Shown: positions 11,155-21,171, counted from the stretch's first letter. The stretch is DNA of 59,206 nt from a bacterium (GCA_036788095.1 DAIQOA010000004.1:1-59206), one strand, 5' to 3'. Notes: a model not told the origin generated them from the letters alone. Program-made: numbers and translations.

Positions 11155-11160
11155 AGCCGC

Positions 11161-11814
11161 CTATCCCACGGGCTGGGCCGGCTTGCCCTTTTTACCAAAT
11201 TTATTTTCCGTTCCGTTTAACAGCCGCCGGATGTTGCTGCGGTGGGTGTAGATGATCAAGAGCGCGGCAAAAAAACTGAAATAATATAGCGTGTCCGAGA
11301 CTGGCCGGCCGGCGCCGTACTTGAGCACACTCAGCACGACGGGAAAAGCGATGGCCGCGCTGATGGAACTGATCGAAACGATGCGCGTAAGAGCCAACAC
11401 AAGGAGAAAAACCATCAAGCAGACAATCACCACCAGCGGCGGATAGAGCGCCAACAGAACGCCCGCTGCCGTGCCGACGCCCTTGCCGCCGCGAAATCCG
11501 GCGAACACCGTCCAGATGTGACCGATGATCGCCGCCAGGCCGCAGAACAGGCACAGGGTGTCCTGTGGAAGGACGGCGGCGGAGAAAGCCAGGCGGGGCA
11601 GCCAGTAGGCGGCGACGAATCCCTTGAACGCGTCCATCAGCATGACAAACAGCCCTGGTTTCCAGCCGAGCACGCGGAACACATTGGTTCCGCCGGCGTT
11701 ACCGCTGCCATGCTGGCGGATATCGATGCCGCGCATCAGCTTGCCGACCACCAGAGCGGTGGGCAGAGAGCCCAACAGATAAGCAAGGAGCAGAACCAAT
11801 AAGACCGGCAGCAT
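11161..11814 (-). CDS. plsY: Glycerol-3-phosphate 1-O-acyltransferase PlsY
   Basis: YLLGS, GSGNAGGTNVFR, FRGGKGVGT, HRSNIRRLLNGTE. Confidence 0.95.
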   Translation of the reverse strand: MLPVLLVLLLAYLLGSLPTALVVGKLMRGIDIRQHGSGNAGGTNVFRVLGWKPGLFVMLMDAFKGFVAAYWLPRLAFSAAVLPQDTLCLFCGLAAIIGHIWTVFAGFRGGKGVGTAAGVLLALYPPLVVIVCLMVFLLVLALTRIVSISSISAAIAFPVVLSVLKYGAGRPVSDTLYYFSFFAALLIIYTHRSNIRRLLNGTENKFGKKGKPAQPVG

Positions 11815-11841
11815 ACACTTTTCCTTTTTTTAAAACGCGGA

Positions 11842-13683
11842 TCAAACCCGCAATTGATGAGCGGGATCCCCAAGGACGGCCACGGCGATGCTGCCGATGC
11901 CGGCATGCAGCCCCAAGGCCGGCGAGGCCTCCACGATCGGGACGTCCCTGCCCGGAAAAAAATTATTAATTCGATCGCGGAACCATTCCGCGCGCTCCTC
12001 GTCCAATGCGTGGGCGATCTGAATGCGCGGATCCACCACCTGTTCGGCATAGTGAATCGACAGGCCGACGGTTTTTTCCCACAACCGCTTCAAGCCGATG
12101 ACGCGACCGGCCTCGATGATATGGCCCTCAGAGTCCAGGCTGATGATCGGTTTGACGTTCATCAGCGTGGCCAGCAGACCGCGCGATTTGGTCAAGCGCC
12201 CGCTGCGCATGAGATATTTGAGCGTCGGAATGCAGACATAAAGGCGGGAGTGGGCGATGGCGATACGCAGCCTGCGCAACACGTCCTCGTGATTGAACCC
12301 CTGTTCAATCAACCGGCCCGCCTCCGCCACCAAAAGCCCCAATCCAACCGAGGTCGTCCGCGAATCCAGTACTTCGATTTTAACGCGCTGCGCAAACGAA
12401 CGGGCGGCGGTCTGCGCCGCATTCAGGGTGCCGCTCAACGCACCGGATAGATGCAAAGAGATGATGGATTGAAATCGGCCGGCCAGGGCTTCATAGATCG
12501 CCAGATAGCTGGCCGGCGAGGGTTGAGAGGTGCTGATGCGCGGCTGCCCGGCCTTCAGGGCGCGATAGATTTCCCGGGTAGAGATCTCCACCCGGTCCAG
12601 CAGAGTCTTTTCTCCCATCATCACCTGCACCGGCACCACCTGAACCCGGTAGCGTTGCAGGGTCTCCTCAGGAAGATCGCAGGTAGAGTCCGTGACGAGC
12701 GCAATCCGCGGCTCGGTGTCCTGTGCGAGCGCGGCGCTGTGTTGGCTGCGCATATCTTCAATTTTGGTGTTGCTGACCCGTCCCCATTGCGCCGCCCGGG
12801 CAATAACCGCCTGCGAATCATTGGTGTGAATATGCACCCGCCACCTGCTGCCGCTGGAAACGAGGATCAGCGAATCACCGAATCCCTCCAACTTTTCCTG
12901 CAATGTGGCGCGCTGCAGTGCATCCGCCTCGAGAATAAACTCGGTGCAATAACGGAACCGGATCGGTCCGTGCGTTTTGCGCAGATGAAACCCTTTGATG
13001 CGTTCTCCGAGATGGGCGCCGGCTTTCAGCGCCGCCACTTTGCCGGAACCGATGAAATCGCTCAGCCCTTCCAGCAGATGAACGAATCCCTGAGCCCCGG
13101 CATCGACCACGCCCGCTTTTTTCAGCACTTTTAATTTCTGCGGAGTTTCGGCCAACGAGGTCCGCGCCCGCTGCAACGCGTTTTGCAGCAGCGCCACATA
13201 ATCGGACTCGACCGCCGCTTGATGGTTCAGCTGTTCCGCCCAGTCCTGCATAACCGTCAGAATAGTGCCCTCGCGCGGATTGCTCAAGGCCTCAAAAGCC
13301 CGGTCCACTGCCACGTGCACCGCATCGGCAAAGGCCTGGCTCGACAGCCGCTCCCGGCCTTCGCAGGCGTCAGCCAGGCCGGAAAAAAATTGAGCCAGAA
13401 TGGCGCCTGAATTTCCGCGGCTGCCCTCCAAAGCGCCGTCCGCGATGGACCGGCAAACCCGAGACAGCGAGCCATCCTGACAAGCGGCGGCGCGGTCAAT
13501 GATCGCATGCATGGTGGCGGCCATGTTGGTGCCGGTATCGCCATCCGCCACCGGGAAAACGTTGATCTCGTTCAACTCCTCCCGCATGTCGAGAATGCGC
13601 TGCGCCGAAGCGATGATGGACCGTTTCAGCCGGTGACCGTCTATGTAGCGTATGCGAATGTTCATGAGATTCGCCGGATTCAA
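11842..13683 (-). CDS. DAK2 (FakA-like) - DegV (FakB-like) fusion, putative fatty acid kinase
   Basis: N-terminal INVFPVADGDTGTNM / RGNSG / VDAGAQG, central YCTEF...VHIHTN, C-terminal DegV (VTDSTCDL, STSQPS, LSGALSGT, SGRL, HAG). Confidence 0.9.
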   Translation of the reverse strand: MNPANLMNIRIRYIDGHRLKRSIIASAQRILDMREELNEINVFPVADGDTGTNMAATMHAIIDRAAACQDGSLSRVCRSIADGALEGSRGNSGAILAQFFSGLADACEGRERLSSQAFADAVHVAVDRAFEALSNPREGTILTVMQDWAEQLNHQAAVESDYVALLQNALQRARTSLAETPQKLKVLKKAGVVDAGAQGFVHLLEGLSDFIGSGKVAALKAGAHLGERIKGFHLRKTHGPIRFRYCTEFILEADALQRATLQEKLEGFGDSLILVSSGSRWRVHIHTNDSQAVIARAAQWGRVSNTKIEDMRSQHSAALAQDTEPRIALVTDSTCDLPEETLQRYRVQVVPVQVMMGEKTLLDRVEISTREIYRALKAGQPRISTSQPSPASYLAIYEALAGRFQSIISLHLSGALSGTLNAAQTAARSFAQRVKIEVLDSRTTSVGLGLLVAEAGRLIEQGFNHEDVLRRLRIAIAHSRLYVCIPTLKYLMRSGRLTKSRGLLATLMNVKPIISLDSEGHIIEAGRVIGLKRLWEKTVGLSIHYAEQVVDPRIQIAHALDEERAEWFRDRINNFFPGRDVPIVEASPALGLHAGIGSIAVAVLGDPAHQLRV

Positions 13684-14637
13684 TCAGGAACCTGCCGCCC
13701 CGGTTGCCGGGGACGGTGGAAAGAGGGCGGATATCTCTGAGGCCAGGGGGCCGGCCATGGCCAACCGCAGCTGTGTTTCCAAATAGCCGCGCGGTGTGCC
13801 CATGTCCAGCCTAAGTCCATCCACCTCGACCGCCAGCGCGCCTTCCCGCCGGATCAACTCAGCCTGGGCCGTGGTCAACTGTATTTCGCCCCGCTCGCGG
13901 AGATTCTGATCGATGTGCTGCCTAAGGATGGTAAAGATCGTCGGGGTGAACAGATAGAGGCCAAAGAACGTCAAATAGCGGTCGTCCGCCAGACCGGTGG
14001 TGCAGCAGTGCTCTCGGGCAAACGTGATCTCTGGTTTTTCATAGACCGCGGCCGCCCGCCACACTCTTGGGTGTTCCTGCAGCAAAGGCGTTCCGGCCAC
14101 GGCGCCGAATAAATGCAGTGATGCGCCGGCTGTCTGTTGAACGCCGAATACCGATTGACCTGATTGCTCATGGACCGCCAGCAGCCGGCGGCTGCACCAT
14201 CCCGGTTGCGGGGCGAGATACACATGATCTCCGAGCAAAAGTAAAAACGGTTCGTCTCCCACCCATTCGGCTGCGCTGTAAACCGCATGGCCGAATCCCT
14301 CGGCGCTTCGCTGAAAGACAAAGGAAAGCCGCGCGTGCAGGCGCTCCAGAAGAACGGATTGCTGTTGAATCCATGGCTTATCCTGCGGGCTTGGCCGGCG
14401 CGCAAATCCGGTAAAATGCTCCTTAAAGACCGCGTCCGCACCGGGCTGCACCACCAGGCAGATCTCCTCAATGCCGGCGGCCAACGCTTCTTCCACCACC
14501 AGTTGGATGGTGGGCTTGGTGATGCCGTCGCGATCCACTAAAGGAAAAAGTTCCTTTTGCACTGCATTGGTGGCCGGATAATGCCGCGTGCCTTTGCCTG
14601 CCGCGGTGATGACGGCTTTGCGGATAATTTTTGCCAT
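13684..14637 (-). CDS. GalU-like sugar-1-phosphate nucleotidyltransferase
   Basis: AVITAAGKGTR, KELFPL, GFGHAV, LLLGDH, EKP, LDMG motifs. Confidence 0.85.
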   Translation of the reverse strand: MAKIIRKAVITAAGKGTRHYPATNAVQKELFPLVDRDGITKPTIQLVVEEALAAGIEEICLVVQPGADAVFKEHFTGFARRPSPQDKPWIQQQSVLLERLHARLSFVFQRSAEGFGHAVYSAAEWVGDEPFLLLLGDHVYLAPQPGWCSRRLLAVHEQSGQSVFGVQQTAGASLHLFGAVAGTPLLQEHPRVWRAAAVYEKPEITFAREHCCTTGLADDRYLTFFGLYLFTPTIFTILRQHIDQNLRERGEIQLTTAQAELIRREGALAVEVDGLRLDMGTPRGYLETQLRLAMAGPLASEISALFPPSPATGAAGS

Positions 14638-16041
14638 TCAATCAAACGCCATTTGAACCACGCCCATCTCTATCGCGCCGCAGGATGAGCCGAAAAACAG
14701 ATAGGGCTCCAAATTCGTCAAGTGGCGATACCGGCTCACCAGATTCTGCAGCACGTCTTCACTGCCCTTGGCAGCCAAAACCGCTACGGTTCCCCCGCAC
14801 CCCCAGGCCGTGGTCTTGGCGCCGTACAGCCCTTTTTCCGGCCCTTGAGCTTTTATCAGATCGACCAGCAGATCCGTCTCCTTGCTTCCCAGGCCGCAAC
14901 GTTCCTGATAGCTCTGATGTGATTCATACATCAGCTGGCCCGCCTCCAGCAGGTTTTGCTGAGTGGGATGGAGCGTTGCATCCAACAGCTCGGCACATCG
15001 CTCGCTGCGGCGATGATCGGACAGATGATGTTCGGTGGCCGTTCGTGGTTGATAGCGCTTTTCCAGATTGATCACAGTGGCAGGATCATCGTGGGCGGCC
15101 AAACGTTTGATAAACTCCTGGCCGGTTATTTTTGTCAGCACCTGCTTTCGCAATCGCTGTTCCCATTGCGCCGGATCTGTGTTGCAGAGATAACCCATGG
15201 GCATCGTTTCATCGGAATCGCCGCTGTGATGCCGGATCATCTTTCGGCCCATAAAAGAGGCAATGCGCAGATCGCGATACCGGCTTTCCCGCTGCGGCGA
15301 CATCAGGCCGCTGTAGATGCCGACCCACTGCACGCCCGGCGGCAGAGACATCATCTTGATCAGCTCATGCGGCTGACAGCGCAGCACCATGGTGCGGTTG
15401 CTCTGCCCCAGAGCCACGGCCACGTGGGTGGTGATGCCGCACGGCATGCCCATGATGCGGTTTTCCAGTGTCTGACAGGCTAGCGCAATCTGAAATCCAT
15501 CCAGGTCGAGAGCAAACGCGCCCTTGATGGCCAGCATGTTCGCAACCTGCAGCGCGGCGGAAGAGGCGGCCGAAGAAGCAGTCGGAATCGTGCTGCTGAT
15601 GGCAATGCTAATGCCGGTCTCCCACCGCTGGACAAAGCCCTCATGCTGCAGCACTGCTATGGCGCCGACCACATGTCCCAACCAACGGTTGTTTGGATCC
15701 TGAGCGAATTGGCGCTGCAACAACGGATAGGGCTTGAGACGGCCGTCCTCGTACAGGTCGTCCAGCCGGTATTCGCAGTTCAGCACCCGCTCCCTGTTCA
15801 TATTCAGATTGCGAATGACCACACGGCGATCTCGCCGTTTTTGCACCGCCACCACCGTGCCCTCGCGCAGCGGGGTGGATAAAACCGTGGCGCCGGCGTA
15901 ATCGGATAGTCCGGCCATCACATCCAGGCGTGCCGGCGCACGCGCGATAAAAATTTCCCGCCGCGGCGAAAAGACTCCGCCCAGATTGTTTTTGAGATGC
16001 CCCCCGAAACGCTTGAGATCTTCCGGCCACTGAGCTTGCAT
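14638..16041 (-). CDS. GHMP-fold galactokinase/L-arabinokinase-like protein with degenerate catalytic motifs
   Basis: ARAPARLDVMAGLSDYAG N-terminal motif and overall GHMP layout; P-loop reads IPTASSAASSAA and the expected GxMDQ reads GITTH. Confidence 0.8.
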   Translation of the reverse strand: MQAQWPEDLKRFGGHLKNNLGGVFSPRREIFIARAPARLDVMAGLSDYAGATVLSTPLREGTVVAVQKRRDRRVVIRNLNMNRERVLNCEYRLDDLYEDGRLKPYPLLQRQFAQDPNNRWLGHVVGAIAVLQHEGFVQRWETGISIAISSTIPTASSAASSAALQVANMLAIKGAFALDLDGFQIALACQTLENRIMGMPCGITTHVAVALGQSNRTMVLRCQPHELIKMMSLPPGVQWVGIYSGLMSPQRESRYRDLRIASFMGRKMIRHHSGDSDETMPMGYLCNTDPAQWEQRLRKQVLTKITGQEFIKRLAAHDDPATVINLEKRYQPRTATEHHLSDHRRSERCAELLDATLHPTQQNLLEAGQLMYESHQSYQERCGLGSKETDLLVDLIKAQGPEKGLYGAKTTAWGCGGTVAVLAAKGSEDVLQNLVSRYRHLTNLEPYLFFGSSCGAIEMGVVQMAFD

Positions 16042-16113
16042 GCATTATCCCTCATTCCAGATCAGGCCCACGAAACAGGAGCAACAGCCTACAGCCATGG
16101 ATGTAAGGCCAAG

Positions 16114-16132
16114 TTAGTAATATTTTTACTAA
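16114..16132. promoter_or_regulatory. Candidate operator palindrome in divergent intergenic region
   Basis: Perfect arms TTAGTAA-N5-TTACTAA between the GHMP gene and the SDR gene. Confidence 0.5.
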
Positions 16133-16151
16133 AATCAACCGATAAAAAGGC

Positions 16152-16180
16152 TTGAATAAAAGTTCTGCAACCCCTATATT
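16152..16180 (+). promoter_or_regulatory. sigma70-type promoter for SDR-flavoprotein operon
   Basis: TTGAAT - 17 bp - TATATT. Confidence 0.55.
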
Positions 16181-16216
16181 TATATATTTATGGACCAACT
16201 TTGCAAAGGTGTAATC

Positions 16217-16984
16217 ATGAACAGACCTGTTGCCCTTGTCACCGGCGGCGCCCGCGGCATCGGCCGCGGCATTGCCGAAAATTTGGCTGAAAACGGCTAT
16301 GACGTGGCGATCGACGACGTCCACGAAAACGCCCAAGAGACCCTGTCCGCGCTGGAAAAACACGGCGCGAAAGCGCTCTATTTGCGCGCCGACATCACCT
16401 CCCCTGAAGAGAGAGCGCGAATCATCCAAGAGATCAAAAAAACGTTCGGCCGCCTGCATCTGCTGGTCAACAACGCCGGCGTAGCGCCCCTGGTGCGCAT
16501 GGATCTGCTGCAAGCCACGGAGGAAAGTTTTGACCGGGTGATGAAGATCAATCTGAAAGGCCCCTACTTTCTCACGCAGCTGGTCGCCAACTGGATGATC
16601 GAACAAAAAGCCGCGCATCCGGATCAAATGTTCCGAATCGTCAACATCTCGTCCAACTCGGCGTACACCTCCTCCCCCTCGCGCGGGGAGTACTGCCTTT
16701 CCAAAGCCGGGGTCAGCATGATGACCAAACTCTATGCCGACCGTCTTGCCGAATACCAGATTGGTGTGTTTGAAATCCGTCCCGGCATCATTATGACCGA
16801 CATGACCTCAACGGTCAAAGCCAAATACGACAAGTTGATCGAGGACGGTCTTTTGCCCCTAAAACGCTGGGGACAGCCGGAAGACATCGGCAGGGCCATT
16901 GTGGCCATCGCCAAAGGATTTCTGGACTATAGCACCGGCGAGGTGATCAACGTCGACGGCGGCTTTCACTTGCACCGATTATAA
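16217..16984 (+). CDS. Short-chain dehydrogenase/reductase (classical SDR, '3-ketoacyl-ACP reductase'-annotated sugar dehydrogenase-like subfamily)
   Basis: [17 protein letters not shown] catalytic motif, NVDGG; start set at MNRPVALVT. Confidence 0.9.
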   Translation: MNRPVALVTGGARGIGRGIAENLAENGYDVAIDDVHENAQETLSALEKHGAKALYLRADITSPEERARIIQEIKKTFGRLHLLVNNAGVAPLVRMDLLQATEESFDRVMKINLKGPYFLTQLVANWMIEQKAAHPDQMFRIVNISSNSAYTSSPSRGEYCLSKAGVSMMTKLYADRLAEYQIGVFEIRPGIIMTDMTSTVKAKYDKLIEDGLLPLKRWGQPEDIGRAIVAIAKGFLDYSTGEVINVDGGFHLHRL

Positions 16985-17018
16985 GCTTTTTGTTGCAGCC
17001 ACTTTTTCGGAGTTTTCC

Positions 17019-19004
17019 ATGACTGACCACACACTCATCCTTGAAGGAATATCTTTTCCCGTCCATCAAGTGGACACGATCATCATCGGCAGCGGCGCCG
17101 CGTCGCTCAACTGCGCCGTGCATCTGCATGATTACGGACACCAGGACATCGCTCTGATCACGGAAAAAATCGGCGGCGGCACCTCCAACAACACCGGATC
17201 CGACAAACAGACCTATTACAAGCTGTCCCTGTCCGGAAAAGAGCCGGATTCGCCCTACGACATGGCGCGTTCGTTATTCGACGGCGGCGCCATGCACGGA
17301 GAGCTGGCGCTCATCGAAGCCACCATGTCGGCGCAAGAGTTCTTTCACCTGGCGCAGATCGGCGTGCAATTCCCGCACAACAGCCTCGGCGGTTATGTGG
17401 GCTACAAGACCGATCATGATCCGCGCCAGCGCGCCACCTCGGCCGGACCCTGGACCTCTCATCAAATGGTGCAATGTCTGCTGAAAGAGGTCAAGGCGAG
17501 AAACATTCCGATCTATGATGAACACGATGTCGTCAGCCTCATCGTCGAGGACGGCCGTGCGGTCGGAGTGATCGGTCTGGATAAAAGCAAATTGAACGAA
17601 GAAACGTTCGGCCTCTGTTTCTTTAAGGCGAATCAGGTGGTGTTCGGTGTCGGCGGCCCGGGCGGGTTATACAAGACCTCGGTCTACCCCGAGTGCCATA
17701 TCGGCGCCATCGGCCTGGCCCTGGAGGCCGGCGCCGTGGCGCGTAATCTCACTGAATCCCAATACGGTCTGGCCTCCATTCAATTCCGCTGGAACGTCTC
17801 CGGCACCTATCAGCAGGTGATCCCGCGCTATATCAGCATCGATCGCAGCGGCGGCGATGAGCGCGAGTTTCTTAATGACTATTTTCCCACCATGTCCAAG
17901 CTGGCCACGGATGTTTTTCTTAAAGGGTATCAATGGCCGTTTGATCCGCGCAAAATACCAGACTATGGTTCCTCGCTGATAGACGTGCTGGTGTACATCG
18001 AAACGGTCATCAAAGGCCGCCGCGTGTATATGGATTTTCGCGGCAATCCGCTCGGCGACGAACGCATCGGCGCTTTTTCATTCGATGATCTCGAGCCGGA
18101 AGCGTACACCTATCTGAAAAACTCGGAGGCGCTGTTCGGTTCGCCGATCCAACGGCTGGAAAAAATGAACCCGCTGGCCATCGAGCTCTATCGTAAGAAC
18201 GGCATTGACCTGCACCGGGAACCATTGGAAGTGGCGGTGTGCAGTCAACACAACAACGGCGGCCTGGCGGGAGATCTGTGGTGGGAATCCAACATCGCCG
18301 GCCTGTATCCCATCGGTGAAGTGAACGGCAGTCACGGCGTCTATCGGCCCGGCGGCTCCGCGCTCAACTCTGGTCAGGTGGGCTCGTTGCGCGCTGCGCA
18401 AAAGATCAGCCATGCTCCGGCGCCCGGCAGATCGGCCGGGTGGGAAAAGACTGCCGGCGAACGCGGCAAAGCCATGCTGTCGTTTATTCGCAACCTCTCC
18501 GGCCCGGTTTCAACCGTGGCGGCGTATCGTGAAGAGTTTCAATCCCGCATGACCCAGTACGGAGCGCACATTCGCGATCCACGCAAGATCAAGGGGGCGC
18601 TCGCCGCGGCCTATGAACAGTGCTCACATGCGGCCGAACAAAAAGTGGCCGGCCGCCGGGAGATCCCCCTGGCGCTGCAGAATCGCCATCTGGTGCTGGC
18701 TCATGCCGCCTATTTGCAAGCGATCGCCGCTTATCTGCAGCGCGGCGGAGGCAGCCGCGGGTCCTACCTGGTGATGGATGCGCAGGGCCAGCCGGTGATC
18801 GATCAGCTGGGCGACGATTGGCGCTACAAGCCGGAGGTGGCCCCGTTGCGCGAAGAGGTTTTGGAGACGCGTCTGGGAGCGGACCAGCGATTTCACTCCA
18901 CCTGGAAGCCGCGCCGGCCCTTGCCGGAAGAGCCGTCATGGTTCGAGACGGTGTGGGGGAAATTTTTAAACAAGGAGATTTTTCAGGCCAAGGGGGAGAT
19001 TTAG
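17019..19004 (+). CDS. FAD-binding oxidoreductase, SdhA/FrdA/NadB superfamily, uncharacterised subfamily
   Basis: IIIGSGAA dinucleotide motif, QHNNGGL, GLYPIGE, HGVYRPGGSAL. Confidence 0.85.
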   Translation: MTDHTLILEGISFPVHQVDTIIIGSGAASLNCAVHLHDYGHQDIALITEKIGGGTSNNTGSDKQTYYKLSLSGKEPDSPYDMARSLFDGGAMHGELALIEATMSAQEFFHLAQIGVQFPHNSLGGYVGYKTDHDPRQRATSAGPWTSHQMVQCLLKEVKARNIPIYDEHDVVSLIVEDGRAVGVIGLDKSKLNEETFGLCFFKANQVVFGVGGPGGLYKTSVYPECHIGAIGLALEAGAVARNLTESQYGLASIQFRWNVSGTYQQVIPRYISIDRSGGDEREFLNDYFPTMSKLATDVFLKGYQWPFDPRKIPDYGSSLIDVLVYIETVIKGRRVYMDFRGNPLGDERIGAFSFDDLEPEAYTYLKNSEALFGSPIQRLEKMNPLAIELYRKNGIDLHREPLEVAVCSQHNNGGLAGDLWWESNIAGLYPIGEVNGSHGVYRPGGSALNSGQVGSLRAAQKISHAPAPGRSAGWEKTAGERGKAMLSFIRNLSGPVSTVAAYREEFQSRMTQYGAHIRDPRKIKGALAAAYEQCSHAAEQKVAGRREIPLALQNRHLVLAHAAYLQAIAAYLQRGGGSRGSYLVMDAQGQPVIDQLGDDWRYKPEVAPLREEVLETRLGADQRFHSTWKPRRPLPEEPSWFETVWGKFLNKEIFQAKGEI

Positions 19005-19013
19005 GATTCAAAG

Positions 19014-19053
19014 ATCGCCCAGTGAAATAAAAATTCCCTGGGCGATTTTGTTT
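19014..19053 (+). terminator. Stem-loop / probable terminator after flavoprotein gene
   Basis: ATCGCCCAG / CTGGGCGAT 9-bp arms followed by a T-rich tail. Confidence 0.55.
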
Positions 19054-19178
19054 ATCACTTTACTGTCCAAAGACTTGATCGAAAAAAAATGAACCGGGGC
19101 ATTCAGCCCTGGGCGGGAACGCTGCGGTAATAAAATCACTGCAGCTGGATACATTTAAAACGAATGAGGAGAAAAAAC

Positions 19179-19922
19179 ATGCATACCATTAAACGGTTGT
19201 TGGGGCTGGCGATTGTCACCGGTCTGCTCGTCTCCACCTCCCCCCTCCTTGCCCAGGGACAAGGTCAGGGTAAAAAAGACAAATCCGCTGTAGAGCGTAA
19301 AACCGACAAAAAGGGGCAGGGTCATAAAAGTCAACAGGATCAACCCGGTCAGAGTCAGGTTGAAAAAGGAAAACACGACAAAGAACGGCCTGCCGGCTGG
19401 GACAAGGGCAAGAAAGAGGGTTGGGATAGCGACGTTCCGCCAGGCTGGGAGAACTGGGACGACGCTAAGAAAAGCAAATGGCAGGGGGATCTGCAACAGG
19501 CCAAAGATAAAGTGCGCGCCAAGGGTAAAAGCGGCAAAAAACGCAACCAGGCGGAGATGGACAGTGCCTGTGTCGCCCTGGAACAGGGGGCAAGGGCAGG
19601 TATTCCCATAGAAGAGGTCGAGGGTGTGGTCGAAAAAAGTCTGGAAAAGGGATTAAAAGGCAGGGAGCTCCAGGCCGCCACCCACGCCATGGCGCGCGGC
19701 GCCAGACAGAGCGTTGAAACCACCTCCATGGCTGCTTTTGTTCATCAGAAACTGGACGAAGGGCTGAGAGGGGACGCTCTTTCAACCCAGATCGAGGCTG
19801 AGATTGAAAGGCGTCACGCCGACAAGGTAAAGGCGGATGAATCGGCGGCGAAAACGGCTCAGGAGGCCCTCGAGAAGGAAAAAGCCGCCAAGTCTAAAAA
19901 ATGGTGGGAGTTCTGGAAATAG
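19179..19922 (+). CDS. Secreted Lys/Glu-rich hypothetical protein
   Basis: GAGGAG SD, signal peptide ending LLA-Q, GQGQG and PAGW/PPGW low-complexity segment, helical C-terminus. Confidence 0.75.
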   Translation: MHTIKRLLGLAIVTGLLVSTSPLLAQGQGQGKKDKSAVERKTDKKGQGHKSQQDQPGQSQVEKGKHDKERPAGWDKGKKEGWDSDVPPGWENWDDAKKSKWQGDLQQAKDKVRAKGKSGKKRNQAEMDSACVALEQGARAGIPIEEVEGVVEKSLEKGLKGRELQAATHAMARGARQSVETTSMAAFVHQKLDEGLRGDALSTQIEAEIERRHADKVKADESAAKTAQEALEKEKAAKSKKWWEFWK

Positions 19923-20070
19923 CTGTTATGATTCCGCCCAGGGAAGCTTTTACCTGGGCGGTCGTCAAAAACGCAATCCGGGGGATTGCACCACTGGAAT
20001 TCACCACGCAACGGTGTAACTTGTACAATAAAGCCGGTCGTTTGGGCATCTCTTTCCTAAGTGATATAGA

Positions 20071-21171
20071 TCACCAACAACCGTTCGCCCAACGATAAAA
20101 AATCTTTAGCTTATTTCCGTGCGGCATGGCTAGAAAATGATCATGCTGTAATCTGCCGACCAGTATACCCGGCGCCAAATCGATTTTTCGGGAAAATTGG
20201 ACGATATAATCAAGTGATCGTCGATTCCAAGTGCGGCAGAAAGTCTGATATGCGATCGGCGGAATGAGGATTTCGCGAGCGAATTTATTTGCCTCCTCTT
20301 CTTTTTCATCATTTTGCTCCATGCCTTCGAGAAAGATTTCCTTTTTGCCATGCTTTAAAATATGGCCGGCTTCGTGGAAAAAGGTGAACCACAATTGGTC
20401 ATTGCTTTTATATCTCAGGCTGAGTTGAATGACGGCTTTATTGCCAAGCCAACGAGTAGCGCCGCAGACCTGCATTTTAGGCAATTCCGGAATAAAAAGC
20501 ACAATGACGCCGCAGGCTCCACAGAGGTTTTGGAGCTGCTTACAGAAGCTACCGGGATGGGGTTCTTGGGTTAATTTACGGATTTCCATTAGATTTTTTT
20601 GAAATAGCTTTTGATCATATGGATCACATTGGTTTTTTTCCGCCTCTAATTCGCCTTTGCGCAGCCAGGCGGCAATGCTTTCTTTAGAGGGTTGAAATTT
20701 TGAATTCCGGCGAAAGGCTATGGCCGGGCGTTCAGACCAAACCAAGCTCCATTGTTCAGGTGAAGCAACGCCGAAAAAGCGCAGGATCTGATCCAGTTGG
20801 TATAATTTGTCCCCGCTGTTCTCAATCCAACCTAACTTGATCATGGATTTTACCGGAAATTTCGCAAGCCAGTCTAACCGGCTTTTCCGGCGCTCCAATT
20901 CCTCCACCCGTATGCGGTTTTCCTGATATTGACACTCCAAGCTATTCCAAAAATGTGCCGGTCGACCCAGCACGAGTTCGAGCTTGAAGGCAGATTCCGG
21001 GGTTATAGGGGATTTGCCCTGAATGATCTCGTTGATGGTTTTTTTCGACAACCCGGTTCGGGCGGATAAATCCGCCTGGGTCATTTGCCGTTCGTCCAAA
21101 TAATCCTGCAGGATTTCTCCCGGCTTGACAACATAGTCCGGAAGGTATTGATTTTTTTCTTGTTTAATCAT
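20071..21171 (-). CDS. higA: HigA-family antitoxin (XRE HTH) fused to ImmA/IrrE-type metallopeptidase domain
   Basis: PGEIL...MTQADLSARTG...INEIIQGKSPIT...FWNSLE HTH; FFHEAGH (HExxH) and EEEANKFA. Confidence 0.85.
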   Translation of the reverse strand: MIKQEKNQYLPDYVVKPGEILQDYLDERQMTQADLSARTGLSKKTINEIIQGKSPITPESAFKLELVLGRPAHFWNSLECQYQENRIRVEELERRKSRLDWLAKFPVKSMIKLGWIENSGDKLYQLDQILRFFGVASPEQWSLVWSERPAIAFRRNSKFQPSKESIAAWLRKGELEAEKNQCDPYDQKLFQKNLMEIRKLTQEPHPGSFCKQLQNLCGACGVIVLFIPELPKMQVCGATRWLGNKAVIQLSLRYKSNDQLWFTFFHEAGHILKHGKKEIFLEGMEQNDEKEEEANKFAREILIPPIAYQTFCRTWNRRSLDYIVQFSRKIDLAPGILVGRLQHDHFLAMPHGNKLKIFYRWANGCW

